Positions 10,773 through 22,617 of a stretch of DNA of 64,000 bases are shown here, piece by piece. Below the pieces are notes generated by a model. It was not told the origin of the DNA. It saw only the letters and a program-made list of their open reading frames with translations, and did no database searches. Positions within the stretch are counted from its first letter, which is position 1. Every line of letters begins with the position of its first letter. The stretch comes from Williopsis jadinii (Eukaryota), in contig AP024664.1 in NCBI GenBank assembly GCA_024346625.1, forward strand, positions 3,286,001-3,350,000, written 5' to 3'. The translations under genes and the position numbers were made by a program.

Positions 10773-11929
10773 ATGGGAGAAGATCTTGCGCCGAGCTCAG
10801 GAAGTAGTCGCCATGCCTACACCAACCCACGTTTGAACCGTGATTTACAAGTTGAAGTGAGTAACCACAATGTTTTCGTACTGCGTACGACCGGCCCTTA
10901 ACTGACATCCATCATTAGCCAAACTTGGTGACGGCTGTCATCGCGGGTGTGAGTGCCTCGCTGGTCCAAACCACACTCACGTACCCCTTTGAATTTGCGA
11001 AGACAGTGTCGCAGCTGACCCGTAGGATCCCAAACTCCAAGGGAGTACTCCCTTCACTCGAGCTACATCATCAGTTTAAACACTACTTTGCAGGATGTGG
11101 CGCTCTGAACGTGGGGAACGCGTTGAAGTCAGGCTCCAGGTTTATGGTGTTCAACTGGGCCTCTAAGTTCATGGCGTCGGATACGGGCAAGACAAGTGCT
11201 CCAAGATTGGTCATTGCTGGTGCGATGACAGGCTTTGTCGAATCGCTATGGATTATTCCATTCGAAAACATCAAAACCACCATGATTGAAAGCGCTCTGA
11301 TAACAAGCGCACGTGATAGAGGTGAAAAGAGTGCACTTGATTCCAACCTTCAGGGCTCCACTGAAACTGCGTCAAAGTCAAAGAAAACGTTCCACAAGTC
11401 TATGGCATCAGACTTATCGAACCACCCAATGGTGGTTGCCAAACGTAAATGGGATAAAAACCCTCCTGCAAACTTCTTACAGGCAACTCAGGAGATTTAT
11501 CAGACCAGAGGGTTTCGTGGCTTCGTACAAGGTACCGTACCTACCCTCTTGAGACAGTGCACCAACAGTGCAGTGAGATTTGGTACGTATACTTGGTTAA
11601 GGTCTCTTTTCGGCCACAGTGGTGAGATGAACACATACCTTACATTCACCATTGGTGTTACAAGTTCTGTTGTTGTGGTCGCAGTGACTCAACCTATCGA
11701 TGTCATCAAAACAAGAATGCAGAGTAGAGAGACGTTTTACCTATACAAGAATTCTTTAAACTGTGCATACCGAATCTTTGTTGAAGAAGGTGTGAAGGCA
11801 TTCTGGGCTGGTTGGTTCCCTCGTCTCTTGAAGGTTGGTACATCTGGAGGTGTTGCATTCACAGTTTACCAGCACGTTGAGAACCAGATAACAAGAGCAC
11901 TCAAGGAAAAACCATTCCAGGCTGATTAG
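10773..11929 (+). CDS. MRX20: Mitochondrial carrier, citrate-transporter-like (YFR045W/MRX20-like); exons 10773-10856 and 10919-11929
   Basis: Three carrier motifs PFEFAKT, PFENIKT, PIDVIKTRMQ; splicing joins an ATG exon (MGEDLAPS...LQVE) in frame to PNLVTAVIAG; gene symbol tentative. Confidence 0.8.
10857..10918 (+). other. Spliceosomal intron (62 nt)
   Basis: GTGAGT donor, AACTGAC branch variant near 10900, TTAG acceptor; phase 0; supplies the ATG missing from the ORF track. Confidence 0.7.
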
Positions 11930-12012
11930 GTTAACAGTTTGTACATGTATATATATTCTAAACGGGTTGTCTAAAACAAAACGATATCGTTACTTATTAT
12001 AAAACTAGTTGT

Positions 12013-14376
12013 TTAGTTTGCATAAAGGCTTTCAGAGTTCTCAATGATTGTGCCAATGTCATCACCTCTTGCAACAAGTTCACCAATTTCATAAACGGTT
12101 TCACCAGCTTCTTCAAGAAGTTTAGTAACTTCTGCAACATTCTCTTTCTTCAAGATAACAACCATACCGATACCCAAGTTGAAAGTCTTCAGCATGTCAT
12201 GTACTGGAACATTGGCAGTTTCACCAAACCATTTGAAAATCTCTGGAACTTCAAAGCTTTTCAGGTCAACCTTAGCAGACAAGTTCTTTGGAAGAGCTCT
12301 TGGAATGTTCTCCAAAAGACCACCACCAGTGATGTGTGCAAGACCCAAGATCAAGTCCTTTTGAATTGGTCTGAGCAATTGCTTGACGTAGATTCTGGTT
12401 GGTACCAGCAACTCCTTTCCAATTGTAGATTCTGGCTTCCATGGTGCAACATCTGTGTATGAGAATCCATAAGTCTCAATGATCTTGCGGACAAGGGAGA
12501 AACCGTTGGAATGAACACCATCGGACTTCAAACCGAGAAGAACATCACCAACAGCCATTTGGTCAACAAGAGGAAGGACCTTGTTTCTGTTAACTGCACC
12601 AACAGCAGTACCGTTAGTGTCATAGTGACCTGGCTCGTACATACCTGGCATCTCAGAGGTTTCACCTCCCACAAGGGCACAGCCAGCAAGCTTACAACCA
12701 TCAGCAACACCCTTCACAAAGTTTGCAGCGATGTTGATATCCAACTTTCCAATGGCAAAGTAATCAACAAACAACAATGGCTCTGCACCTTGGACAACCA
12801 AATCATTGACGTTCATGGCAACAAGATCGATACCAACGGTGTCATGGATGTTCAAAATTTGTGCAATTCTCAACTTAGTACCGACACCATCAGTAGCAGC
12901 AACGAGTAAAGTCTCGTCAGTCTTGTATCCAGCAGCACTCAAGTCGAAAATACCACCGAAACCACCAATATCAGAATCAGCACCTGGTCTCTTTGTAGAC
13001 TTAACCATAGCCTTGATATTTTCAACAAGCAAGTTACCATTGTCAACAGAGACACCAGCAGTGGCATATGTCAAACCCTCAGTCTTAGCAGCATCTCTGA
13101 AGGCCCTGTGAGCAATATCAGTTCTGTTGTACTTGTTGTTGAAGTGGATCTTTTCAACACCTTCATAAGCCTTCTTAACAGCATCTTCAAGAGAACCAGC
13201 TGTGGCAGTAGCAGCGATGACACGGCCACCATTGGTGTACACAACACCGTTTTCCTTCTTGGTACCCGCGTGGAATACAAGAGCTTGGATATCGGAATCG
13301 ATGGTGATTTCATCACCCTTCTTGTACTCTTCAGGATAACCACCAGCAGCAATCACAACTGTTGTAGCGAAAGTGTTTGGTTTAGTCTTGATTTCAACGG
13401 AATCTAATCTACCTTCAGCAGCTGCGAGGAACACTTGTGCCAAGTCCGTATCATCGGTCAAAAGTGGGAGAACAGACTGTGTTTCTGGGTCTCCAAATCT
13501 GACATTGTACTCCAAGACCTTTGGCCCTGTAGCTGTTATGATGATTCCCGTGAACAAGACCCCGACAAATGGGAAGCCATCGCGTCTCATACCATCAATA
13601 GATGGCTTAATGATAGAATCGTCAATCTGTTGTAAAAGAGATGGCGTAGCAACAGGAGCTGGGGCATATGTACCCATACCACCGGTGTTAAGACCTGTAT
13701 CACCATTACCAATTCTCTTGTGATCCTGAGCAGCTGGCAGGTTGTAGTAGGAGTAACCATCGGACAACGTGAGGATCGAGATCTCATCACCTTCCAAGAA
13801 CTCTTCAACAACCACTTCATCACCAGCGGAGCCGAATTCCTTGACAATCATCACTTGTTTCAACGCATCGATGGCTTCTTCCTTTGTTGTTGGAATGAGA
13901 ACACCTTTACCAGCAGCGATACCAGATGCCTTGATCACAACGTTGTGGGACACGCTTTGCACATAGGCCTTTGCCGCTTCAAAATCGGTAAAGTTCTTGA
14001 AAGCAGCAGTTGGGATGTTGTGCTTAGCCATAAAGTCCTTGGACAGGGCCTTCGAGCCTTCCATCATGGCAGCCTTAGCAGAAGGACCAAACACTGGAAT
14101 ACCAATCTTCTTGAAAACTGTGGAGATACCATCAACCAACGGCTGCTCCGGGCCTGGAACAACCAAATCAATCTTCTTCTCCTGTGCAAAGGCAGCAAGC
14201 TTCTCGAAGTCAGCAGCAGATGAGCCAATAGCAACGTTGGTGACGTTTGGAAGGGAGTCTGTACCGCCGTTACCTGGTGCCACATAGATGTGTTCCACCG
14301 ATGGGGACTGAGCGAGCTTCCAAACAAGAGCGTGCTCACGACCACCGTTACCAACAACGAGAAGGTTAAGCGACAT
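12013..14376 (-). CDS. ADE5,7: Bifunctional GAR synthetase/AIR synthetase
   Basis: GNGGREHAL, APGNGG, EYNVRFGDPE, TDGVGTK, GGETSEMP, HITGGGL. Confidence 0.97.
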   Translation of the reverse strand: MSLNLLVVGNGGREHALVWKLAQSPSVEHIYVAPGNGGTDSLPNVTNVAIGSSAADFEKLAAFAQEKKIDLVVPGPEQPLVDGISTVFKKIGIPVFGPSAKAAMMEGSKALSKDFMAKHNIPTAAFKNFTDFEAAKAYVQSVSHNVVIKASGIAAGKGVLIPTTKEEAIDALKQVMIVKEFGSAGDEVVVEEFLEGDEISILTLSDGYSYYNLPAAQDHKRIGNGDTGLNTGGMGTYAPAPVATPSLLQQIDDSIIKPSIDGMRRDGFPFVGVLFTGIIITATGPKVLEYNVRFGDPETQSVLPLLTDDTDLAQVFLAAAEGRLDSVEIKTKPNTFATTVVIAAGGYPEEYKKGDEITIDSDIQALVFHAGTKKENGVVYTNGGRVIAATATAGSLEDAVKKAYEGVEKIHFNNKYNRTDIAHRAFRDAAKTEGLTYATAGVSVDNGNLLVENIKAMVKSTKRPGADSDIGGFGGIFDLSAAGYKTDETLLVAATDGVGTKLRIAQILNIHDTVGIDLVAMNVNDLVVQGAEPLLFVDYFAIGKLDINIAANFVKGVADGCKLAGCALVGGETSEMPGMYEPGHYDTNGTAVGAVNRNKVLPLVDQMAVGDVLLGLKSDGVHSNGFSLVRKIIETYGFSYTDVAPWKPESTIGKELLVPTRIYVKQLLRPIQKDLILGLAHITGGGLLENIPRALPKNLSAKVDLKSFEVPEIFKWFGETANVPVHDMLKTFNLGIGMVVILKKENVAEVTKLLEEAGETVYEIGELVARGDDIGTIIENSESLYAN

Positions 14377-14602
14377 TATATAGTTTTAATAACAGGACTG
14401 GGATCAAATTAAGAGACCTTGAAAGTGTGAAGACCTCTCTCTCTTTTCCAGAAGATAAATCTTCAACTGTTAGGGACATCATCTCATCGTGGAAACCGAC
14501 CCACTGTGAAATTTTTACGCAATGTCCGGGTGTTTCCCTTGCTGCTGCCTCTCGGCCAATTTGGCAGACAATTTTCACTCGGGACCACACAGGCTGATTT
14601 TC

Positions 14603-14608
14603 TGACTC
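14603..14608. promoter_or_regulatory. Bas1/Gcn4-type TGACTC site upstream of ADE5,7
   Basis: TGACTC about 230 bp upstream of a purine biosynthesis gene. Confidence 0.45.
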
Positions 14609-15541
14609 GGTCGCGGCCATCTTCACCGTACAAGTCAGCCTACAGCTTATGATGTTAGGCCACTTCCATCAAACTACAGAGTTTATGCTGTATAAAAAGA
14701 ATGGATATGTGTACTGAGCTTGTACATCACGGCCGTGAACTTCTGGGATAAAAAAAAGGGAAGAACAACACAAGAAATTGGGACAAGATATATGGATATA
14801 GGCGAACAGATGATGTTTTACACATTGGCTTGATTATCATGTGTTCGAACATCTCCATGTAATAACTTGGTTGAACAGAAAAAAAACCTCCAGTTATAGG
14901 AGAAACCCGATTGAAAACCCAGTCCTATGGTCCAAAGCATTGATTATGGCTCGTCCGGCTGCCCCCTCTGTTGAATGCTCAATAGTCTCATTACTCAGTT
15001 GGATACTGAGCTGAGAACTGTCTTGAAGACTCGGTAGAGGGTATACTGCAGCTCAATGAACAAGGACAAGAACCAATATCTTTGCAAGATAGGTCAAGTA
15101 TATAAAAAAAAGATCAATGGAAAATCAATAGGAAACCAAAACGAAACAAAACAAAAGACAGATAAACAACAAATAACAAAATTCAAAACTTGGCAACTTC
15201 AAAATCAAAACGAACGAAAGTGGAAACCAACAAAGCAAAAGCGTCGTGCATCGAGCGTGAAATCATGGTGAAAGGCACATAGTTCCTCAATATGACAACT
15301 TCCTTGCAAAACCAATTAACAATGGAAAACAACAAAGATGAGAAACTGCCAAAAAAAGCAAAACTCCAAAATTCATATTCACATTCCCCCAAAAAACAAT
15401 CATCATCAACTCCTCTTTCTTTTCTCTTTCTGTATGTATTTATTCCTTAACAAAAGGTTTCAAAATACCTAGTTTAATGTTCTTCTCAGTATGTTTCAAT
15501 GAATGTGTTGTATCGATATTGTAACCCAAAAATACAGATCT

Positions 15542-17152
15542 TCATTGCGAAGCAGGTTGCTTTTGTTGTGGGTAACCTTGAGGGAAGACCTGAGGGTTAT
15601 ACATCTGTTGTGGGTAGCCTTGAGGGTAGCCCTGTGGTGGATATCCTTGCGGAATGAAGCCCGGAGCTGGATATTGCTGAGGGTATCCTTGAGGTGGGTA
15701 GCCCTGTTGCTGTTGTTGCTGTTGTACAAACTGTTGTGGTACTGGCTGAGCTGGTACTTGAGATGGAGTAGCAGAGCCATTGGAAGGTGAAGCACTCGAA
15801 AGTTGTGGTTGAGTATGGTTAACTTGTTGACCTGCTTGCGTCTGAGCAACCTCTCCAGGTTGACCTTTATAACCGAATCCCTCAGTGTTTGCCTTTGGCA
15901 TTTCTTGAATTGGGAATGGCTTTGGCACAGCTTTTGCATTCTGTGCAACGTATAAGGATTCGTCAATTTGGTTTGGAATCTTTGGAATTTCAATTCCAAG
16001 CTCTTTCTCCACTCTGAACAAGTTCTCACGGTCATTCCAAGTGATGAAATCGATGGCTAGACCCAAATGTCCATATCTACCGGATCTACCAATTCTGTGT
16101 AAATAAGTCTCTGCAGTCTTTGGGAAATCAAAGTTGATGACAACATTGACAGCCTGAATATCAATACCTCTTGTTAACAAATCGGAACAAACGAGGATTC
16201 TAACTTTGCCCTGTCTGAAATCGTGGAACACTTTGTTTCTAGCGTCCTGTGGCATTCTCGCATGCGAATAGTAACAAGAGAATCCCAATTCTGTAACCTT
16301 TTTAGCCAACAGTTCAACTCTCTTTGCAGAGTTACAGAAAATGATAGCTTGGTTGATTTGCAATCTGCTAAACAAAGTGTTCAAACAGTGCAACTTCTGG
16401 TTCTCCTCCAAATACGCATAGTAATTGGTGATACCCCTTAAGGTCAATTCATCCATCAAGTTAATTTCGTATGGATTTTTCAAATTTTGAGCAATAAAGC
16501 TCTGGATTGTGAGTGGGAAAGTAGCAGAGAACAACATAGACTGGTGCTTCTCTGGCAAGAATGCAAGAATTTGGTTGATCACTCTCTGGAACTCCTGAGA
16601 AAGCATCTTGTCCGCCTCATCCATGACAAAGATGGAACAGCTTGAGAGGTCAGCAATCTGTCTGCTGGCCAAGTCCAAGACACGACCTGGTGTACCAACA
16701 AGGATGTGGACAGGCTCCTGCAATCTAACAATATCGTCTCTGAGAGAGGTACCACCTGTTGTCACCATACATTGGATATCCAAATGTTTACCCAATGTTC
16801 TCACAACCTGCGACGTTTGCAACGCCAATTCTCTCGTAGGGAGTAACAGCAACGCCTGGATCTTTTCCACTTTTGGTTTGACTTTCTCCAACGTTGGAAT
16901 AATAAACGAAGCAGTCTTACCTGTACCGTTCTTAGCTCTTGCAAGGATATCACGACCGGCCAATGCCACAGGTATGGACTCCTCCTGGATGGGACTTGGT
17001 TTCTCGAAACCAGCTTCAAAGATCCCCATGAGTAGTTTCCTACTGAGGTAGAAGTCTTCAAACGAGTTACCCTTGGTCTTGGTCACATCCTCAGTCTGAG
17101 GTCTTGTGTCCCTCTCAGGGATGTGTAAGTTCTTCTTCCAGTCGTCAGACAT
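15542..17152 (-). CDS. DHH1: DEAD-box helicase DDX6/Dhh1 with a P/Q/G/Y-rich C-terminal tail
   Basis: [38 protein letters not shown]. Confidence 0.97.
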   Translation of the reverse strand: MSDDWKKNLHIPERDTRPQTEDVTKTKGNSFEDFYLSRKLLMGIFEAGFEKPSPIQEESIPVALAGRDILARAKNGTGKTASFIIPTLEKVKPKVEKIQALLLLPTRELALQTSQVVRTLGKHLDIQCMVTTGGTSLRDDIVRLQEPVHILVGTPGRVLDLASRQIADLSSCSIFVMDEADKMLSQEFQRVINQILAFLPEKHQSMLFSATFPLTIQSFIAQNLKNPYEINLMDELTLRGITNYYAYLEENQKLHCLNTLFSRLQINQAIIFCNSAKRVELLAKKVTELGFSCYYSHARMPQDARNKVFHDFRQGKVRILVCSDLLTRGIDIQAVNVVINFDFPKTAETYLHRIGRSGRYGHLGLAIDFITWNDRENLFRVEKELGIEIPKIPNQIDESLYVAQNAKAVPKPFPIQEMPKANTEGFGYKGQPGEVAQTQAGQQVNHTQPQLSSASPSNGSATPSQVPAQPVPQQFVQQQQQQQGYPPQGYPQQYPAPGFIPQGYPPQGYPQGYPQQMYNPQVFPQGYPQQKQPASQ

Positions 17153-17683
17153 ATTGTTGAATTATATATATTTGTGTGTGTGTGGGTGTGTAGAACTTGT
17201 CCTTCTTTCCAATGTATCGTGTCAAATTTGTGTAACGTTCTCTAATTCTGTGTAAATCAACAAGCTGGAATTATACAGTGATTAATTGTAACAAGAAACT
17301 AAGATGAGACAAGACGATATGAGCTCAATAAGATGAAAAAAAAAGTTCTGTAATGGTGTAGTTTCCCTTGTAAGAGCTGTTTGTTTATTAGTTGAAAATG
17401 TTCACCCTTGGAGCCGTTTTTTGCCCGTTCTTTGGGGGGACGAAGAAAAATTGCCCGGTGAACTGGTTGGCTTGATTACCCGATTTGGTAAATGCAGTGC
17501 TTCGAATGCCGTATTCTTTGTTGAGTTCCCCTTTCGGAAGTGGAAGGAAAATGATGTGTGCATTGGTGAAAAATCCCCAATCATCTCATCGCTCGCTCCG
17601 CTGCTCTTTCTTTCTTTCCCTCTTCTTGATTTAAACGAAGTAGCTTTGAGTACAAGCAGTCTGATTCGGGAACGCTATACACG

Positions 17684-17983
17684 ATGTCTAACATTGTGAA
17701 CGTGTTCAATCCTCCCCCTTCTAGGGACCTCACGCCAGAGGAAACAAAGGACTGTGTTCCTTGTCAAATAATGTCCACCTGCTTTGCGCTTGCTGCTGGT
17801 TATTGGTTTGCCAGCGGAAGGGTGTTTGAGAATGATAAAATTAGCGTTGAGGAGAATCTAAAGAAGAACCCGATATGGTGGAGAAATGCTGTTAAGGGAT
17901 TCGGCGTTGGGTTACTGGGGTTTGGTGTGGTGAGAGGGACTGAGGGAATACTCTGGGGAACGAAGAGTGAAGTGCTTGAATGA
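17684..17983 (+). CDS. DMO2: Small mitochondrial membrane protein with CxxC (YDL157C/DUF4536 family)
   Basis: VFNPPP...EETKDCVPCQIMS, NPIWW, two hydrophobic helices; next to DHH1 and STE7 as in S. cerevisiae. Confidence 0.8.
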   Translation: MSNIVNVFNPPPSRDLTPEETKDCVPCQIMSTCFALAAGYWFASGRVFENDKISVEENLKKNPIWWRNAVKGFGVGLLGFGVVRGTEGILWGTKSEVLE

Positions 17984-18072
17984 ACAGGTCTACGGTGTTT
18001 GTTCTGTACATAACGGTAAGTGCTATAAAATGATAATGCTATTATTAAGGGAGTGTTCAAGAATATGGTGTG

Positions 18073-19437
18073 CTATCTTAGTTTCTTTGCTAGGTGTCTT
18101 AACAAAGGACCACTTTTCTCCCGTTCATACTTCTTCAGTAGACCATTTGGCAAGTTGAGCAGCTCCAATGGTGTTGGACGTTCATTCTGTTTCTTCAGGC
18201 ACAGTTCAACGAAATCACATAGCTCCTTACTGTACCTATTTCTAGGTAACGATGGTGGATCCTCATTGACAATTCGTTGTAACAGATCGAGTATTCCATT
18301 TGGAGTGTCTTTTTTACCAAATGGGAATTCACCAGTGGACAATTCGATGAGCATTAGCCCTAGGGACCACACGTCGCCTCTTATGTTGTATACGTCACCT
18401 TGGATCCTCTCAGGAGACATATATGTCGACGTTCCAACAAAGGTGTCAGCTATGGAGTTGTTACTCAACTCTCTGCTAACTCCAAAATCACAGATCTTCA
18501 CCTCACCTTTGGAGCTCAACAGCACGTTGGATGGCTTTATATCCCTATGGATGATCTTGTGAGTAGAATAGAGGTAATCCAAGCCTTGCAATACATTATG
18601 TGTGATTTTGGACAGGTAAACCTCCTTCAGATACCCTAATTGCTTTAATATATGATCCAGAGACCCACAATCCATGTATTCCAGGCATATTATCACACCG
18701 TTTGCGGACAGGCTTGGTGTTTCATCAGAGCTATTAGAAACTACTGCCTGCTTGGCTGCTTGTTGATCGTTAGACGATGGCTCCGTAGGTGTTATCGTCG
18801 ACTCTTCCGAAGTTGATGACGTTGTGTCTATGAACGTTGCGCCATAGAATTCAACGATATATGGGCTATCAACCTCTTGAAGAATCTTCAGCTCACGCAC
18901 GATTTGGTTCTGCACTTTGATATTCTTCTCAAACAGGATCTGTTTCTTGGCCATGATCTTATTAGAAGGCACGTGAAGAACCTTAGAGACAACACCGCTC
19001 TGGCCTTCTCCAAGCGACTTCAAAGTGAGTAGATCCTGTTGCCTTATTTCGAAATCCCGATTCAGCGTGGTCGAGAGCTTCTTAAAGCTCTCTGCCAATT
19101 CCAAATCCTCTGTGCTCTTTGTAGATAGTATCGTCACAGGTGTCCTCAGGGACATATTCACCGGCGATGATAGAGACGAGACAGAGTTGGACGACGGCGA
19201 TTCATCTCCAAGCGTCAGCTTCTTCAGATTCCTTCTTTTCATGGTCTTCGGCTGGAACAGCAGCTCACCCTGGCCCGAGCCATTATCAACATCACACACG
19301 CTTGAGCCCATATGGCCCTGTCGTGACGTCGATTGCAGCATATCTCTCTCCCCCACCGTGACTGTGATTGGAGGCAACGGCTTGTTCAAATTGACGCTCA
19401 CGTCCACACCGCTCTTTCTTCGCAGTGGAGTCGACAT
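18073..19437 (-). CDS. STE7: MAP kinase kinase Ste7
   Basis: KRRNLKKLTL MAPK docking motif, HRDIKPSN, DFG, SIADTFVGTSTYMSPERIQ; probable start MSTPL at 19437 (ORF track extends to TTG 19674). Confidence 0.9.
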   Translation of the reverse strand: MSTPLRRKSGVDVSVNLNKPLPPITVTVGERDMLQSTSRQGHMGSSVCDVDNGSGQGELLFQPKTMKRRNLKKLTLGDESPSSNSVSSLSSPVNMSLRTPVTILSTKSTEDLELAESFKKLSTTLNRDFEIRQQDLLTLKSLGEGQSGVVSKVLHVPSNKIMAKKQILFEKNIKVQNQIVRELKILQEVDSPYIVEFYGATFIDTTSSTSEESTITPTEPSSNDQQAAKQAVVSNSSDETPSLSANGVIICLEYMDCGSLDHILKQLGYLKEVYLSKITHNVLQGLDYLYSTHKIIHRDIKPSNVLLSSKGEVKICDFGVSRELSNNSIADTFVGTSTYMSPERIQGDVYNIRGDVWSLGLMLIELSTGEFPFGKKDTPNGILDLLQRIVNEDPPSLPRNRYSKELCDFVELCLKKQNERPTPLELLNLPNGLLKKYEREKSGPLLRHLAKKLR

Positions 19438-19824
19438 CTTCAAGAAAACACCACTATTTTTATACACAGAGGTACCCTCTACTTGCCAGTGCTCTGAAAG
19501 GGACTGTCCAGCGCACAGTTTCAACTTTTGGGGCCTCTCTCTGTGTGCTGGCCACCACCCGTACGCAAGATTTGCAGATTTGGGAAAACCCGTCCCAGAT
19601 AGCGAATCTTTAAAAAGCCGAAAGCTGTGCAGGTTTGAGGGTCTCGAACCGAGAGAGTGGATGCCGCCCAACAAAGCCGCCTAAAAAGCGCTGCTTTCGG
19701 TTATTTATAGATCTCAACAAGGAGCACTACAAACAGGGGGAAGGAAGGCGGATGGCGTATCGGCACAACGGTTGTAAAAGGTATTCAATTGAGAACGCAC
19801 GTTACACACACACACACACACAGT

Positions 19825-22617
19825 CTACTCGTAGTAGCGAGGCTCATCAAAGACGTGGTAAGCGTGTCCCCTTACACCCTCGCCGTAGAACATCAACGGG
19901 AATCTCATCTCCTCTGGAACATCGTCCTCGCTGACTCTCTGCTGGGAGTAGCTCTGTGCCTCGGGCGAATTGACGACGAATTTAGCAGCCTGTACTTCGG
20001 TGTCAGTGATTGTGCTTCTACTGACCCTTGCATATGCGGTTCTCTTCAGGTTCTTGTACAAGATGTACTGGCACCATCTGTCCCAGTCAGTAGGGTCAAC
20101 GTCGTGCATTCCGCTCTTGTCGGAGACATAGTTGTGGTAGTTGCCCTCCAGCGGCGTGGTGACCAGGTAACTTAGAAGAACCATTGGTCTGTTGCTCGAC
20201 CCCATGATGTCACGAACACCCAAGGATTGGAGCAGTCTGTCTTCAACGTCCTCCTCTTGACCCGAGTGGAAGACAACAACATCCACGAGTTCACCATAGA
20301 TGTCTAAAGTGGCATGAATGGCAGGTGCCAATTCACCCACGGGGGAAGGAAGTAAATGGTGTGTGGAGTTGATGATTGGGAACTTGGATAAGAGAGCAGC
20401 GCCCCAGGTGTGCTTGTTAGGGCCTGGTCCAAAATCAGCGTACATGTTCAAATCATGTGCCAACTTTTGGGTCAAGTCTCTGTTACCCATAACGACTCTC
20501 TGCGTGTCAGACTCCAGTAAGCCAACAATGTCCAGCTCTAGATCACGAATCAAATCACGCATACGTCCCTCAGAAGCCCACATCTCGTTGTCGAGGCCAA
20601 AATGGATTGTCCAGATACCTGCCGTGAACATATTTGTCCCTGGATGGTATGGCACTGGGTCTGAAGTTGGTAAACGGATATAAGCGATGAGTCCACTTAT
20701 TACAATGAGCGGGTATATGATCTTCTTGACGCTGCTCAACGCACTTGAAACGTCAATCTGTGGAGCACTAAGCTTGTTGAAGGACAAAAGGCCAGCAGCG
20801 ACCAAAAGAGTAGATGATCCTAAGACGATATCTGTTCTTTCTCTGAGCAACCAACCTGCAGGAACAAATGCATAGGCAACGACCCAAACGTGTGCTAAAA
20901 GGTAAATGATGTTGATTAAGCCAGTCAACGTAAAGATCTTTCCAGGATGGAACTTTGATGCTTGGTTGAAGTAAGCTGGCACTGCACTGGTGAGGAATAT
21001 GGTGTAACCCAATACACCAGCGTATCCGAGCCATCCTCTCAAGTTGTACAACACAGCTGCGGATATACAGCCCAAGACGACAAAAATTGGTGAGGTTATG
21101 GCAGGATATGCCAAACCCAAATATGCACCGATCAAAGCAACTGTAATTGAGATTGCGCCGTGTGGTACAGCAGTTGGTCCGACATGTGGATAACCTTCCC
21201 ATAGCCACGTTATCATTGTGGAAGAATCAGTAATCATGGCATGCAAGCTGAAGAGCAATGCACCAAGTCCGACTGAGGTGATGAGAAACGATGGTGTGTT
21301 CTCGACGGCTGATACAGTGGTACCGGTTGATTTTGATCTTGGAGTGAACAAAGCCGACACCAAGCCAATGATCAAACCAGTCATGTTCCAACCACCGTTG
21401 AATTCGTTCATGATTGGCCAAATTGGGTTATTGGTATAATTGGCAAATTTTGCAATTGAAGTGAGGATAAGACCGAGCGTAAAGGTTGTTGCGTAAACCT
21501 TTCCACGTTTGTTATCGAATGAGTAACAATGAACTTCATTTGCCAAAGAAATCCACATAAACACACACGCAATACCATTGGCCAATAATCTGTAGTCTTC
21601 TTGATGGATCTTATACGACCCAACACCTGCCAAGACACCAATGAAACGGGACACCTGTGGGTAATAGGTAAAGAATTTCTTGACAAATGGGATCAACAAG
21701 AGGAAAGTGAAGATATTGGCAACAATAGAGACTTCAAAGCCTGAGAATGCCAATTCCCAAAGGGAAAAGTACCAAACAACCAGTGGCAAACCGGTAATCA
21801 CAGACCAAAACATAAACGCATTGATTGTGTTTATAACGATTTCGAATAAGCCAACGTCATTAACAGAATATGCCGATGTTTCAACAGATGAAGACTCTGT
21901 AGTCTCCTGCTTCAGCTGAAAACCCAACTCAGTGCCTTGCAATACCAATGTCAAATCTGCAAAGTCAACGACAGTCCATGCGTCGAATGCAATGTCCAAA
22001 ATGATCAATGACCATTCAAAGTAGGCATAAACAGAGTAAGCACCAGCAACTCTGTGGATCTTGTGTTGGATGAACCAGTATATCAGTGGTACTAAAGTTC
22101 CAAAGAACGCCAAACAGGTCCACAGCCTGTAACTTCTCAATCTCGTTCTCTTTGGAGTTGCCGTGATCACGTAGGTATCCCATGGAATGGTCAAAACGAT
22201 GTACGCAATCATGAACACGTCATGTGCATCGTGATCGTCAGTGCTTGTGATATACACCCATCCTCCGCAGGTGACAGTTCTCAGGACACCCACAAGCAAG
22301 CCAAACACGTTTTGACTGGTTGTCTTGGTACCGCTATAGCGGAAGAATGAGGTGATCAAGAGCAGAAACCTCGGGCCCGACGTCAACGCAATGAGGATCT
22401 GGAAGACCGCTCTTTCAGGGTATCTGTCACCAATTGTCGCACTCACACTCGGGAACCATTCATCTGGATAACCATAATGAGCATTCTCAACAATCTTGTT
22501 GTAATGAAGAAGGCACCCGACAATAAGAGCAGCTATGAACGCAGAAGCAGCGCATACAGTATGAGCTATGGAAATATAGCGAGCGTTCAACGTCAACAAC
22601 GAACGCCCCTCAGACAT
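19825..22617 (-). CDS. CWH43: GPI lipid remodelling protein Cwh43 (Frag1/PGAP2 N-terminus, phosphoesterase-like C-terminus)
   Basis: YPDEWFPSVSATIGDRYPER, WTIHFGLDN, GPGPNKHTWG, HSGQEED; first ATG at 22617. Confidence 0.95.
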   Translation of the reverse strand: MSEGRSLLTLNARYISIAHTVCAASAFIAALIVGCLLHYNKIVENAHYGYPDEWFPSVSATIGDRYPERAVFQILIALTSGPRFLLLITSFFRYSGTKTTSQNVFGLLVGVLRTVTCGGWVYITSTDDHDAHDVFMIAYIVLTIPWDTYVITATPKRTRLRSYRLWTCLAFFGTLVPLIYWFIQHKIHRVAGAYSVYAYFEWSLIILDIAFDAWTVVDFADLTLVLQGTELGFQLKQETTESSSVETSAYSVNDVGLFEIVINTINAFMFWSVITGLPLVVWYFSLWELAFSGFEVSIVANIFTFLLLIPFVKKFFTYYPQVSRFIGVLAGVGSYKIHQEDYRLLANGIACVFMWISLANEVHCYSFDNKRGKVYATTFTLGLILTSIAKFANYTNNPIWPIMNEFNGGWNMTGLIIGLVSALFTPRSKSTGTTVSAVENTPSFLITSVGLGALLFSLHAMITDSSTMITWLWEGYPHVGPTAVPHGAISITVALIGAYLGLAYPAITSPIFVVLGCISAAVLYNLRGWLGYAGVLGYTIFLTSAVPAYFNQASKFHPGKIFTLTGLINIIYLLAHVWVVAYAFVPAGWLLRERTDIVLGSSTLLVAAGLLSFNKLSAPQIDVSSALSSVKKIIYPLIVISGLIAYIRLPTSDPVPYHPGTNMFTAGIWTIHFGLDNEMWASEGRMRDLIRDLELDIVGLLESDTQRVVMGNRDLTQKLAHDLNMYADFGPGPNKHTWGAALLSKFPIINSTHHLLPSPVGELAPAIHATLDIYGELVDVVVFHSGQEEDVEDRLLQSLGVRDIMGSSNRPMVLLSYLVTTPLEGNYHNYVSDKSGMHDVDPTDWDRWCQYILYKNLKRTAYARVSRSTITDTEVQAAKFVVNSPEAQSYSQQRVSEDDVPEEMRFPLMFYGEGVRGHAYHVFDEPRYYE

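Noticed and set aside
19438..19674. N-terminal extensions from TTG/GTG starts in the ORF track (STE7, CWH43, SDR, UPS1, MBP1, CTO1)
   Set aside because: Eukaryotic genes; homology begins at downstream ATGs
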